The position numbers were made by a program, and so were the translations under genes. From the NCBI RefSeq assembly GCF_000143415.4, contig NW_003314354.1:100575-164574 (forward strand): DNA of 64,000 bases, given 5' to 3'. Shown here piece by piece: positions 23,881 through 38,067 of the stretch (positions are counted from its first letter, which is position 1; every line of letters begins with the position of its first letter). Origin of the DNA: Selaginella moellendorffii. Lineage: Eukaryota > Plantae > Lycopodiophyta. The notes beneath the pieces were generated by a model, which saw only the letters and a program-made list of their open reading frames with translations, ran no database searches and was not told where the DNA came from.

Positions 23881-26800
23881 TGTGAGACACAAATCCCTAA
23901 GCCCCAAAGTGGAGCCGAAAGGGTGCCATATGGTAGTGGCCGAAGTGAATGCCAAACAAACGTAACACGTTTGGACTAAAAGCTCTGACTTGAAAGGTCG
24001 AGAGCTGGAGTGGAACTCCCAATGAAATGCTCAAGGAACAAGCACAAAGTGAGTAATAAGTGAGTTTCTAAAAAAGGGACACAAGAGGACCAACACATGA
24101 TACGTGAACCCAAGATGGAGTCCGAGATGGCCGAGATGGAGTCCGAGATGGCCGAGATGGAGTCCAAGATGGACCCGAGATGGAGTCCGAGATGGACCTG
24201 AGATGGAGTCCGAGATAGACCCAAGATGGAATCTGAGATGGAGTCCGAGAAGGACCCGAGACGGAGTCCAAAGTCGAGACCGAGACCAGGACTGGGACCG
24301 AGACCGAGACCGAGATCAAGATCGAGACTGAGGCCGAGGCCGAGACTAAGCCTAAGCCCAAGCCCAAGTCTGAGTCCGAGTTCGAGTTCGAGTCCGAGTC
24401 CGAGTCCGAGTCCGAATTCGAGTTCGAGTCTGAGAGGGTGAAAGCCCAAAGTGTTTGTCTCCCAAACTCTGGGGGGTTTGGTGAGCTCCAAAAGTATAGT
24501 AGGGTGAGGATTCCAGTGGAGCTAGTTTGGCCAAGAAAGGCCAATTTGGCCCAGGAAGGCTGTACCCAAGTGTTGGGTGATGGGATAACCACTGGGAAGT
24601 CCAAGCCTAGAGTGAATACGGACTGTCAAGTGGGGTAGCTTGGTGAAGTGTTTAAGAGCCAACTCTAGTTCCCCCGGGAGATCGAATGGTCGATGCTCCC
24701 AATCCAAGTATGGGTGACACTACCTACTTGGATACCTGGTGTGGCTCAACAAAAGCTCGCTCTAAGCCCATGGCTAAAGCACCCAAAGGTGGAAACGGGG
24801 AGAGTACCCACGAGGCTCGCATAAGGCGATAGTGTTCCAAAATGTTGTCCCAAAGTCCTAGACTGTAGAATGGAAGAGGAGTAGTCCTCTAGTGTGGTGA
24901 CCAAGGATACAGTCATGTGGTGAGAAAGTCCCAGAGGACAATAGGACTTAGTGGTTGGGCCTGTGGGCCTTGTCCCAATGGTAGAGTAGGCAAACTCGGC
25001 CATGGACAGAAAAGGGACTTGGTGGGGACTGTAAAAGGGATATTGGGGAAGACAGTTCCCCTTGTCTGCGGGCATCTTAAGGATGTTAAGAAGTGGATCT
25101 TGGATGGTCACTCTTAGACGGATGGCCTAATTGTTAAGAGACGGGACTATGATGCAAGTGGTTTTGGACCACCGGTGGTACCAAGGTGAATGGGCATGGC
25201 CTTAGCATAACGGGCTAGTATGTTGGTGGTACCTTGGGGTGTTGGTCTTGGGACTGGACACATGGAGCACTTGGACCAAGTGCAAAGGATGAGTGGTATG
25301 GATGCCATTCTCGGGGCTAGCAAGTCTCAAGTCCTGAATTGGACTTAAGGAGGTTGTGAATGAGACTCCTTTAGGTGGTTGGAGGTGTGGTTAAATGACT
25401 AAAGTAGGATAGAAAAATTAGTCACTTACAACTTGGTATCGAAGCTATTCCTTAGTTTGACTTTTATTGGTGCTCAATATATCACTACTGGTGTTGGCAT
25501 CGGAAGGTCCTAGAAGTCGGCTTATCTGTGAGGAGTAGCAAGTCGGGAAGACATGGCTCTCCACTACAGTTTATGTGTGAACTGGTAGGTGAGGTGGTGG
25601 ATAGAAAAGGGCCAATAATGGAGTGACTTCGGGATCTTGGGAACAGTATAAGATTTTCCTCAAAGAGTTGAGGATGTGATCTAGATGAACGTTTGACTCA
25701 ACAAACTGGCTAATGTAGTTGTGGTAAACAACTATAGCTGGGATCATGGGAAAAATAAAGACTCTAAAACCATAAAGGAGTCACAAGATTATCTTTATAT
25801 AGTTGAGGTTGGTGCTCATGAATTTGAGATCAGAATTAATGACCGTGGAAGGTCAAATACAGAAGAGGACACAAGTCCTTGAAATGGTAGCTGAGGCTAT
25901 CCTTGATAAATGTTAGAACAACCCAAGGAGTTGGGGGTGTACTTAGAGGATAAGTTGGTATTCTCATCACATGGACAAGTAGTCCAAAGGGGCAAAGGTT
26001 GCCCCAGGGAACAACATCAAGTGTTGGAGTGACAGTTGCAAAGATAGTCTTTATGAGTAGGACATGAATACAAGAAGTTGTATTCCAGCGAGCTAGCACC
26101 TCAAATAGGACCTTATGGGTCATTGGATTTTAAAGTCCAAAAATGTTAAATGACTCAAGTAGAGTCAAAGAATGGTCATAAGGGATTGCTAAAGCATTTG
26201 GACTAAGGTGTGTTATACCCCACAAAGGTTGGGGAGGATCATAAGATCCAAGTATGAGAACAGTGAGTATCTCATCGATGGCAGAATATGCTATACTAAA
26301 GTTGTGGGAAAAGTGTTCCCAGAAGAAAACAACTTTGACACAAAATTGTGATAAACTCTATAGTGTAGTGCTAATGGATAGTTGGCATAAGAAAGAACTG
26401 TATTGGTCTTGGCAAGAACCTAAACACAAGTAAAAAGTGTCACAAAAGTAGACTCATGGAGCCGATGGTGTGGAGACATCAAACGTGCGAAGGTGTGATA
26501 CCTTGAGGTTACGTTAGTGGGTTCATGAGAACCTCTTGCTAAGGGAATCCCAATGGAAATGGGAATGGTATGGCCTAAGTTGGAAGGCATGTGGTAGAGT
26601 ATGGTGACCTAAACAACGATGGAGGTGTAGAAGCATTAGTAATGAGTTGTAAGACTTGACAATTATGAGGCAACTAAGCAAAAAGGTGCAAAATAATTGA
26701 TGAAATTGGTAGAAGGTAACTACCTAAGACTTCTTATTGGGATAAAGAAGTTAGACATACCCTTATAAGGAATGAATTGCTTATGTTGTGATATAGTAAG

Positions 26801-29800
26801 TCAATATTGTAAAGGGAATGCTCATTGTCAAAGAGGCCATCATTGGGACACCCAAACACTCTAGAACATCTGGAGATGGTGTTTAGTTTGTGAGGGCAAT
26901 AGATAAGGCCTAAGGGACTAAATCCTTAGCGAATGATGGATAGAAGGTGCTATCCAAACGTTCAAAGTTGCGAAGACAGGAGAAGTCCGTCTACCCGAAT
27001 TAGACAAAGCCAAAAATGGAATTTTGGCAAAGCTAGTGATAGGCATATAAAAGAATTCTACTATGTGGGATTATAAGGTGAGCATACCCGGATTGAGGAA
27101 CCACTCTCTAAGCTATCAAGTAGGTTTATCCCCAAGAATACTTGCTAAGGCATGGTAGAAAGTGCAAAGCCATCCTCCTAGTTTGGAAGCGAATAACCGA
27201 AGGAAATGTGTGAGGCCAAAAGCAAATAGTAAGGGGATAGAACCAAACCATAGGAATTCAAGAGCATAACCAAGGGTGGTTATGTCAGTTGGGAGTGGAA
27301 AATTAAGTGGGCACTTGAGCATATTATTACTAGCAACCGTGGTGCCATGGAGAGTCTAAGGCATGAAATTGTCCATATTAAACCATATAACAATTAGAAA
27401 ACTTGCGAAAGGACAAGCCTTAACAAGCTAAGGGACAGAGTTCCTTCAAGGTTCCCAAAGACAATTCTAGATAACGTAGTACCTAGAAAACCAAATGTAA
27501 ATGGTTCATAAAATGTGCGAAATCAGAGTGGCACAGCAGAAGCGTGGTCTTGAAGCTTGCTATAAGGCAATGCTATCAAGGTTGGGGAAGTAGTTCCTGA
27601 GTGTTCAAAGGGATGATTTTGAACGAAAGTCAATGGTCAAGGACTTTCACGTTTATGCATAAAACCATGTTACATTAGTCGGATGATCTGCTAAGTGAGA
27701 GTGGCAAGCCAGGGGAACAAATCCCCTAGTTGAAGGTGCTAACTTCAAAAGGGGTGGCCAATGGGGCTAAGCATGGAGGAGTCTATGCATGATCATAGGC
27801 TTGTCAAGTGAGAGGACTTGGCAATTTGGAGGGACTACGTTTTTAAGCTATGATCTATAGCGCGCTTTGGAAATAAATTGGTGCATTGGCGTGGAGAGTC
27901 ACGCTAGGCATCTAAGGTGATGCCGTCCGAAATGCATATACGGAGGTTGGGTTCGAGTCCTAACCCTTTAGTGCTTAGGTTCGAGTCCCAAATCACTAGG
28001 GCATGGTGATGGTTTGGAATATGAGGATACTCATATTTCGGTGGTTATGGACTCTCAGTGGGGAAACTAACTTGGGCACACCGGGATGCTCTGGAGTCGT
28101 GATGCATGGTTAAATTGCTTAGAGTGAAAGCTCGGCATATTTAACTTGAACACTTTGGTGCAAAGGGCACCAAGGATGTGATGAATGAGATGGGGACACC
28201 CAATCTCAGTTGCTATGGATCTTTGGCTGGAAGGGTTGGCTTTGGTGCACTGCCAAGTGTGGGGGATGCCCCTAGGTCATATTGGTAAACCTGTTAAGGG
28301 GTTAAGATGAAGTCATTAGGTGATCTTGTGGATAAACAAGGACAAGGTCTTTGTTTGGGTTAAGGAATATAATTCTTAGTTCAAAGTGTTGAGTTGAACT
28401 ATTGAGAATAGATGTGGGTTGGTCAAGGTGATCAAGTGGGAAGGACACCTAAAGGGAAATTCATCGTGCCAATATGATGGTATAGTAAGTGAAATTAGTC
28501 TTTATCAGAGACCCATAAGAGGGTCGCCAAGTCTAGCCGTGGACAGAGCTCGTAGCAGAAAATACTAAAGAGATCTACTAAGGGTAAGCACCCTCTAGAC
28601 TTATCAAAGTAGAGCTTTTGCCATGGAACCCAAAGGATATCTCAAGAATGGAGGTAGTGATCCTATGTTGCTCAATGCAATAATCAATGGATAAAAGCAA
28701 AAGACTTGTGGCCAAATATGGGCCATGGAGTTCATTAGAAGGAATCCAAATAGCAAAATTAGGCTTGGAACACTAAGGTGTTAGATGCTAATGGATTGTG
28801 AGAAAGGAAGTGTGCTTCTAAAGATGGATTCCCAAATGCTCCAAGTTGGCAAAAGTGAAAGTTCCAAGGGAGGGAGCGACAAAGTAGCCAAATGATATGG
28901 CCGTGGATAGCTCTAGCACAACTTATGATAATTGGAACTTAGTGCCAAAAGTGGCACAAAATAGAAAGGAGGATGATGGTGCCTTTAAGTGGAGAACTTC
29001 CTAAGATGGGGAAGTGAAGTTGCACAATATGTGCAATGAAAGGTGTCGGAGGCACCAAGGAAATTAACTTTGAGAAGTCAAAATTAAAAGTTCCAATGTG
29101 AACTGGTTATATCAATAGAAGTTAAGACTACTTGAGAATGAGTAGTGAGATTGAGCTAGAAAAGGTGTCTTTAATAGGTTTAGTGAGAGCTAAACTAATA
29201 AAAGGGAAAGAACCACCTGAGGTGGTTAAATAAGTCTCTATGTTAGAAACACTATGCTCTTTAAAGGTTGAATAAGGCATGGTGAGCCTTTGATATCAAA
29301 CCATTGACGAATATTGCTTAAGTGCCAAGGATGGAAAAGGTAATACATGCTGGTGTTACTTTATAAAGTGGTTTATCATTTGATGAAGACATCAAACTTT
29401 GTCTATGGGTGGTGGAGTTGTGAGACACAAATCCCTAAGCACCAAAGTGGAGCCGAAAGGGTGCCACGTGGTAGTGGCCGAAGCGAATGCCAAATGAGAG
29501 TAACACGTTTGGACTAAAAGCTCCGACTTGAAAGGTCGAGAGTGGGAGTGGAACTCCCAATGAAATGCTCAAGGAACAAGCACAAAGTGAGCAATAAGTG
29601 AGTCTCTAGAAAAGGGACACAAGAGGACCAACACATGACACGTAGACCCGAGATGGAGTTCGAGATGGCCGAGATGGAGTTCGAGATGGACCCAAGATGG
29701 AATCTAAGATGGAGTCTAAGAAGGACCCGAGATAGAGTCCGAAGTTGAGACCAAGACTAGAACTGAGACCAAGACTGGGATCGGGACCGAGACTGGGACC

Positions 29801-30889
29801 GGGACTGGGTCCGGGTTCGGGACCGGGTGCGGGTGCGGGTCCGAGACCGGGCCCGGGCCCGAGCCCAAGCCTGAGCCCGAGTCTGAGTTCGAATCTGAGT
29901 TCGAGTCTGAGAGGGTGAAAGCCCAAAACATTCATCTCCCAAACCTTAGGGGGTTTGGTGAGCTCCAAAAGTATAGTAGGGGGAGGACTCTAGTGGAGCC
30001 AGTTTGGCCCAGGAAGGCTGTACCCAAGTGTTGGGTAATGGGATAACCATTGGGAAGTCCAAGGCTAGAGTGAATACAGACTGTCAAGCAGGGTAGCTTG
30101 GTGAAGTGTTCAAGAGCCAGCTCTAGTTCCCCTGAGAGATCGAATAGTCAATGCTCCCAGTCCAAGTGTGGGTGGCACTACCTACTTGGATACTTGGCGT
30201 GGCTCAATGGAACCTCGCTCTAAGCCCATGGCTAGAGCACCAAAAAGTAGAAGGTGGGGAGTGTACCTATAAGGTTTGCGTAAGGCTACGGTGTTCCGAA
30301 ATGTTGTCCCAAAGTCCTAGACTGTAGAATGGAAGAGGAGCAGTCCTCTAGTGTAGTGACCAAAGATACAGTCATGTGGTGAGAAAGTCCCAGAGGACAG
30401 TGGGACTTAGTGGTCAAGCCTATGGGCCTTGTCCCAGTGGTAGAGTAGGCAAACTCGGCCATGGATAGAAAAGGGACTTGGTAGGGACTGTAAAAGGGAT
30501 ATTGGGGAAGGTGATTCCCTCTGTCTGTGGGCATTTTAAGGAGGCTAAGGAGTGGATCTTGGATGGTCACCCCTGGACGGATGGCCCAGTCATTGAGAGA
30601 TGAAACTGCGATGTTAGTGGTGCTGGACCACCGGTGGTACCAAGGTGAATGGGCATGGCCTTAGCGTAACGGGCTGATATGTCGGTGGTACCTTGGGGTG
30701 TTGGTCTTGGGACTGGACACATGGAGCACTTGGAAAAAGTGTAAAGGATGAGTGGTATGGATGCCATTCTCGGGGCTAGCAAGTCCCAAGTCCTGAATTG
30801 GACTTAAGGAGGTTGTGAATAAGACTCCTCCAATTGGTCGGAAGTGTGGTTAAGTGACTAAAATAGGATGGAAAAATTAGTCATTTACA
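23881..30889 (+). mobile_element. LTR retroelement family B, degenerate interior
   Basis: LTRs 23881-25430 and 29419-30889 (TGTGAG...TTACA) containing CCGAGA/CCGAGT hexamer arrays; PBS TGGTATCGAAGC at 25434; purine-rich tract before LTR2; TSD GGCAA/GGCAG (1 mismatch). Confidence 0.9.
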
Positions 30890-31042
30890 GGCAGCTTTGA
30901 TTGTCCTTGAGGAGTGTTTGGATTTAGGATTCTACTTTAGATCTAGCTTTTGCATTGTCTAGATTTCCCTTTGCTTATAGCTTTTTCAATTTCTTCTCTT
31001 TTGCTTTTTTCCTTTTTGTTCATTTTCATAGTAGAACAATAG

Positions 31043-31236
31043 TGTAAGCAACCAAAGAAAACGACTTGAGAGACGGTCCATAGGGTTCAATTATAAAGGG
31101 AAAGGGTCCATGAATAAGAGTGCACCCTCTTTTTCAATCAGTTAAGGGTCTTGGGATATTTGGGGTTAAGTGTCTTTGGGTTTGAATAGTATTGGGCTGG
31201 GTGACCTCCCAAGAAGTTCAAACTCAAGAGCTTACA
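31043..31236 (+). mobile_element. Cassandra-like solo LTR carrying a 5S rRNA internal-promoter-like segment
   Basis: TGTAAGC...GCTTACA, 194 bp, TSD AATAG/AGTAG. Contains GTTAAGTGTCTTTGGGTTTGAATAGTATTGGGCTGGGTGACCTCCCAAGAAGT, which aligns with the plant 5S A-box/IE/C-box region. Confidence 0.75.
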
Positions 31237-31334
31237 AGTAGCTATTTCCTCCTTTGACTTTGGAGTAGCAATTGGTGCATTTGTTTAATCTATATAGTTC
31301 TAGTTGAACAATCAAACTTAGTTAATGGTGGCAG

Positions 31335-32640
31335 GAGAGATAAAAGTGATAGAACCAGAGGTAGAAACAAAGGGATGAAGATGAACAGAAGTGAGAGGAA
31401 TGGAAGAAGTATAAAGAAAGGGGGAAAAGTTTCAAAGTCACATTTGGCATGATTGTACCACAACCAATCTATATTAAGAATGAAGTTAAAAGCTTGACTC
31501 GGCACCACTTGCAAGAATGAAGTTAAAAATTTGACTAAGCACCACTTGCAAGAATGAAGTTAAAAGCTTGACTCGGCACCACTTGCAATAACTACAACTC
31601 AAGCTTGAGATTGCTTATATACACAACAAGGGTCACCTCATCCTGTGTATATGCATGTGTATAGCTATTACTATATAGAATGAAACTAGGTCTGCTGCAC
31701 GAGACAAATGTAGACAACAATGTGTGACAACAGGTCGAGTAATAGAAGATAAACTCAAGCTTGTATCAACTAATATAGAGAGAATAATAAGAAACCTCTT
31801 GTTATAAAATGAGCTTAGAAAGTAAACACTAGATGAACTAGTGCCTAGTAAACCCCTTGATGATATTCCTAAAAGAAAGATGGAGGGGTCACTAACTTAT
31901 TCACGTAAGGTCCTTCCATTACTCGTGTGACCCTTTTTTTCCTGAATGCATTCAATGTCCAAACTTTCCACTACATCAGCACCAATAGGATATTGTTAAC
32001 GCCAACATCTCCACCCAGGAAATGGTGGTTGCCAATTCGGAAAATGTCGACAATACCGATAAATGTGACTAACTTCATCATATGCTCAATAGTAGACATC
32101 ACGGCCATAATCATATCCTTGCCTTTGTCCTTGAACTTGGGCAATAGGAACATCAACCTCCATTAGAACAGAACCATCTCCTACAGGAAGTGGAGCTGAA
32201 TGATGTGTAGTGAGAAGTGGAAGAGGTGACATCTCATAATACTGTGCCAAGTGAAAAACATCATCAAGGGTAAGTGCATGCATAAGTTCTATAAAATCTT
32301 GATAAAGTGTTGGCCATAATATTCTTAACGTGATTTACTTTGATATATTGAGCTCTACATAAAGCAAGAGGCTTCAGAAACAAATACTAAATTATATAAT
32401 AGACTCAGATGGCCCTTGACAAAGATGGTGCAATTGTTGAAAGGCATCATCACAATTATTGGCATGTCCAAATGTGCATTTGAAAACGTTCAGGAGAATG
32501 CTCTAATCTTCATGAGTGGCTGAGCTTAAACCGTTGTACTATTGTAGTGTTGTCCCTTGGAGACACGTAGGAAATTCACGCAAATACCAAGCATCATCTA
32601 AAAATGATATGTGGCAATCACTGTGAAGTGATTGAACTAA
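31335..32640 (-). pseudogene. Inverted gag-protease segment of family A copy 2
   Basis: Reverse complement of ~1740-2990, flanked by plus-strand family-A sequence on both sides. Confidence 0.8.
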
Positions 32641-34611
32641 CTTTCTTCTATATTTCCATCTTGTTCCTCTATTCTTTCTTCCGATCCTTTTAATGGTCTT
32701 TGTGTTGCAGCAATTGACTGGCTCATGAATGAGTATTTCAATCTTTTTAAATTTAACATATTGTCTAGGGCCAAGATTGCAACATGTCATCCTATTTTAA
32801 TTGGGGATGCTCGTCCAATCAAGGCTCTTATTTGTTGTCAATCACAAAAAAAGATCAAGATTTATGCTCAAACATTAAAAAGATGTTAGAAAAGAGTGTT
32901 ATTTGAAAGTTATAAAATCTTTAGGTATGTGAACTTCATCTTATGATGAAGCCTAATGAGAATATTCATTTCTATATTGACTATTGTCTGTTAAACAAAG
33001 TGACGATCCCAAACAGGACTTATCTTGGGTATATATTTCTCATGAAGGCTTACAAATTGATTTTAACAAACTTATGGCTATTTTAAAGTTTGGTACTTGG
33101 AAGTATATAAATGATATACAATGCTTTTTAGGCAAGATGTAGTATTTTAGTTGTTTTGTTGATCATTTTTCTAATCGCACTACACCATTGTGAGTGTTGT
33201 TGAAGTCATCAACATCATCTTTCATTTGGTCTATGGACTATGAGCAAGTGTTTATGGATCTCAAAGAGTTATTAATGACTCCTCCAGTTTTGGCATATTT
33301 TGACTACACTTGACTTTTCATTTTGTTTGTAGATGTTTTCAATATCAGTCCTGGAGGTGTGTTGATGCAAAAGAGCCTAAGTGTGCTTAGTCAGCACCTT
33401 TCCATTGCATATATCAACTGTATATTATAATTAGTGGAAGTGAACTACTTCACAATAGAGGAGTGTTTAGTAGCAATTTGGGGTTTCAAGAAACTTCATG
33501 TATAGTTATATGGTTTTCGGATATTACTAAAAGGTGATTATACTACAATTACTTCATTATTGAAGCAGAAGAACTTGATTGGTCGTTCTGCTCGGTGGGA
33601 TTTGAAACTTCAGATATATAATTTTGATGTTGTTCATCATCTAGGGAGTTTTATGGTTGATGCTGATGCCTTTTCTTGAGATTCTCTTCCTTCTTCACTC
33701 TCTTATCATATTTCTAATGAGTTTGTTATTTCAACATCTGTGGATTTTTTGTATAAGGATTCCATACTATTAGTGATTGTTATATTTAATGTTTAGTGTC
33801 TACAAGGTGTAGAGCAAGATTTACCTTCTCTTGATGAGGTTCATGAGGCTCAAAAGATTAAGCTATAGATTCGAAGGCTTTGTGATGGTTTGAGAATCTT
33901 ATATCACTTATTGATGACTTGCTATTTTGGCATTTACATTTTTAATATTGCCTTGAAAATCATTTTCTTTATTTTGTGGGGATGGATCCTAATGATTATT
34001 TATGGTTGGTGGTGCCTTTGATCTTTATTTCACGCTTTCTTCACACCTACTATGATTATCTTGTTCTAGGCGAGCATATTGTCATATGACTGAAAAGTTA
34101 CGTAAGTTTTTCTATTAGCTGGAGATGTGACATGATGTTATCCGGTATGTGTGTAGTTGCATTTAGTGCTAAGTTTGTAATACTCCCTTTTGTGCTGCGA
34201 AAGGATGGTTGGAGTCAATTGTAATTTCTCATTCATTTGAGTTGGTAGTATTTCATTTGATAGGGCCTTTTCTACGATCAATTGTTAGCAATGAGTATGT
34301 CATTATTGCTTCTGACTATTTGACTTATTAGGTGGAAGTCAGTGCTATTACTAATACATCTGCAACTACTGTTGGATACTTCCTCAATTAAATGGTATTC
34401 TAACATTCTGATTCAGAATGGATTCTTTCAGATAATAGTCTCACATTTATGGCTGAGGCATTTCACATTTGGACATATCAATTAAGAATATGCCACATTT
34501 TCATGAGTGATTATCATCCATAGTTAGATGGTTTAGTGGAATAGCTCGTTCAGACTTTCAAAGGGATGATCATGAAGTATATAAACTTTCAGTATTTGGA
34601 TTGGGATGGTT

Positions 34612-35042
34612 ATGGGGTTTGGTGAGCTCTAAAAGGATAGTAAAGGGAGGACTTCAATGGAAGTAGGAAAGGTTAGTGTGATAAAAAAAAACTATACCCA
34701 CGTGGTAGGCGATGATATAACCACTGAAAAGTCCAAAACTAAAATGAGCATAGATGGACAAGTGGGGTAACTTGGTGAAGTGTTCAAAAGCCAACTCTAA
34801 CTCCCCCAAGAAATTGAATGGTCGATATTCCCAATCCAAGTGTGGGTGGCACTACCTACTTAGATACCTGGCATGGCTTATTGGAACTTTGCTCTAGCCA
34901 CATAGCTAGGGCACCTAGAAGCAGAAGATGGGGAGAGTCCCCATAATACTCATGTTAAGCTACGGTGTTTCAAAATGTTGTCCTAAAGTCTTGGACTGTA
35001 GAAAAGAAGAGGATCAATTCTTTTGTGCAGTGACCAAAGGAT
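34612..35042 (+). repeat. Truncated family B LTR fragment abutting the assembly gap
   Basis: Similar to 24473-24910; lacks the LTR 5' end. Confidence 0.75.
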
Positions 35043-35142
35043 NNNNNNNNNNNNNNNNNNNNNNNNNNNNNNNNNNNNNNNNNNNNNNNNNNNNNNNNNN
35101 NNNNNNNNNNNNNNNNNNNNNNNNNNNNNNNNNNNNNNNNNN
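35043..35142. other. Assembly gap (100 N)
   Basis: Run of N. Confidence 0.99.
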
Positions 35143-35336
35143 GGCTTGACATAACATCTAACAAGTAGATCTTCTAGAAATTATGTATGTGCAACAGCTA
35201 AAAGACTTGATACAATGGAATTATGAACAACTCCACTTATAAATCCACTAATGCCTCATTGTGATGTTCTTATAGATCCTAACGCATCTATGAGAGAACT
35301 ATGATGGTTTTCCATCATTCCAAAAGGAGGGGATGA

Positions 35337-35510
35337 TGTGAAGTTCAAATTTACGGTTATAATGTTATATATTAATATTAGCATAATGGGATTTTGATAG
35401 CCAATAGATTAGTTTTAATCTGGATAACTCGCTCTCATATATAAACTAAGGTTTTTGGGTTAATTAATATGCATATTTCTGTATTCTATTTCCATATTTC
35501 ATACACTTAA
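35337..35510 (+). repeat. Family A LTR (3')
   Basis: Preceded by PPT AAAAGGAGGGGATGA; similar to 1131-1306. Confidence 0.75.
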
Positions 35511-35534
35511 AAGATAAAATACCTAATTAGCATT

Positions 35535-35967
<433 letters not shown>

Positions 35968-36219
35968 ACGAATGTATTTTAAGTAAGCTGTCAATTGCCC
36001 ATGTACGTGTCAGAAATATTTAAACTCGCGTCTTAGGTACAGTGAGGGCGAGGCTACAATGGCGCCGACGCATCAGGAGCACCGATCGATGCCCTGATCC
36101 GCGAGGTACTGTAGATGGAGCGATTGCTTGAAACATCCTAGCAGGAATTTGGGAACAGGAAATAGGGTTTACCAGTCGCTATGCTGCGCCGCATTTGATC
36201 CTTCTTGCTCAAAAAGATA

Positions 36220-38067
36220 ATGCCAGCAGGAGAAAGCAGCATCGCCAAGCCTGCCAAGCGCGTTCCCGAGTGGCTCAATAGTCCAGCTTGGTACACCAAG
36301 CCCAGCCATGGATTCACTCCTCCTCCGGTCGAGGATGTTGTGCAAGAGAAAGAAGCCGTCGCTACTACTCCTCCGGCAGCACAGGAGGAGATTGATAAAG
36401 ATGAGATAGTCGAAGAAAGCGCTACGAAGGACGAGCCTGGGTTTAAGGAAGATAACGATGTGAGTTCTTCGCGTTTCCAGGAGCGAGCATTTCGAAGGAC
36501 GCTGTCTTTAGATGCTCGGGTGGGACTTTTCGTGGTGGAGGTAAGATTTTCTGTTGCTGTGCACGAATGTTTTCCTGACAATCCCGTGATCTTTTCTTTC
36601 CAGCTATCACGTACTAGAATTCATCTGGCAGAACTTCAACGTCTTGCTTCTCAAGGTATTCCCGACGTTGGAGGAATTCGTGCGACTTCGTGGAAGGTAT
36701 GACACACACAAGTTGGATGTACATTCTTTTTCTTATAGATTTTGACTTGCAGCTTCTTCTTGGATATCTGCCTAGGAGCCGCGATGGATGGGATGAAGAG
36801 GTCTCCAAAAAGCGTGCACAGTATGAAGCTTTCAGCACGAGTTTCTGATAAATCCGGTGAGTTCTGAAACGCTTTTTTTTTTTTTTCCTGACAATGGGGA
36901 TTGTTTGGACGCGTTTAGTCAGAGGTGACGAGAAGAACTGCGGGTGATCAAAGTGGTAGTTTGAGCAGCAATAAAGGATTTTTGCCGAGACACGATGTTT
37001 CTCATGGTGATCATCCACTTAGCGTTGGAAGTACTAGCGTTTGGAACCAGTTTTTTAAGGTTTGTTTACTTCCTTTGCATTTCCAATCCAAATAGAATTT
37101 CCACTTCGCAGGACACGGAACTTTTCGAGCAGATTGATCGTGATGTTAAGCGAACTCATCCTGATATGCAGTTTTTCTGTGGTGATAACGAGCGCGCGCA
37201 CGAAAACCAGGTTTGAGTGATTTTTTTGTCTGTGGAAGGTTAGTGATGAGTGCAAGCAGGAAGCGTTAAAACGAGCGTTATTCATATTTGCGAAGCTAAA
37301 TCCTGGGATAAGATATGTCCAAGGAATGAACGAAGTGATGGCTCCACTCTACTACGTTTTCAGGACGGATCCAGACGAATCAAATGCGGTAAATCGTTTA
37401 TTTCTGGAATTTTGTTGTTTTGTTCATACTTAAAAGCTGTTGATTTGTGGTAGTAAAGGTTCACGCGGAGCCAGATGCGTTTTTCTGCTTTGTAGACCTC
37501 CTTAGCGATTTCAGAGATCATTTCTGCCAGCAATTGGATAACAGTGCTGTGGGAATTCGATCAACCATTAGCCAGCTTACAAACCTCTTGAAGATGCACG
37601 ACGAAGAGCTCTGGAGACATCTAGAGCAAGTTTCTAAGGTCCGAAAGTTGTCCTTTAAATGTTTCCTCTTTCTCTCTGTGTGTCTCAAGCTATTAGTGCG
37701 TGGTTTTCTCACAGGTGAATCCACAGTTCTACGCGTTCCGGTGGATAACTTTGTTACTCACTCAAGAGTTTGATTTTGCCGATACTCTCCGGCTTTGGGA
37801 TTCTCTTCTCAGCAATCCCGACGGGCCACTGGTAAGTGGTGCTCTCGATTTCTTTTTTCTTCCTCGCTTTCACCTTGTTTTAACGTCTCGCTCGTAAATC
37901 CTTTCCAGGAAATCTTGCTAAGAGTTTGCTGTGCGATGCTACTGTCCGTGAGGAATCGACTCCTCGCGGGCGATTTCACTTCCAACTTGAAGCTCTTGCA
38001 ACACTTTCCTCGCGTGGACATCCACTTGTTACTTAAAGCTGCCGAGGAGCTCAAGTCCTCCCAATAA
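36220..38067 (+). CDS. TBC-domain Rab GTPase-activating protein (TBC1D13-like), multi-exon; apparent 1-nt frameshift near 36833
   Basis: RVPEWLNS N-terminus, QIDRDVKRTHPD, YVQGMNE, EPDAFFCF, PQFYAFRWITLLLTQEF and LKLLQHFP motifs across short GT-AG introns. Confidence 0.9.

Larger units (their letters stand above)
1131..35510 (+). mobile_element. Degenerate Ty3/Gypsy LTR retrotransposon (family A), tandem LTR-int-LTR-int-LTR arrangement, host to several nested insertions
   Basis: Three related ~175-bp LTRs at 1131-~1306, 23688-23860 and 35337-~35510. PBS-like TAGTGGAATTAAGGGG follows LTR1 and TGGTGGATGTGAGGGGCA follows LTR2. Purine tracts precede LTR2 and LTR3. Stop-riddled gag (1609-2450: WFNHF, LQGIVLQWYNSL, PVPMEV), protease (FDLILGMDWL), RT/RH (7800-9250) and integrase (LVAFDFMG, ILSDNGPH) remnants lie in PR-RT-RH-INT order. 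Confidence 0.85.

Noticed and set aside
23976-24604. LG/RP/SD-repeat ORFs (also 29606-29968 and 62278-62592)
   Set aside because: Products of hexamer tandem repeats within LTRs.
31160-31220. 5S rRNA gene
   Set aside because: Only a diverged ~55-bp internal part, embedded in a TG...CA LTR with a TSD.
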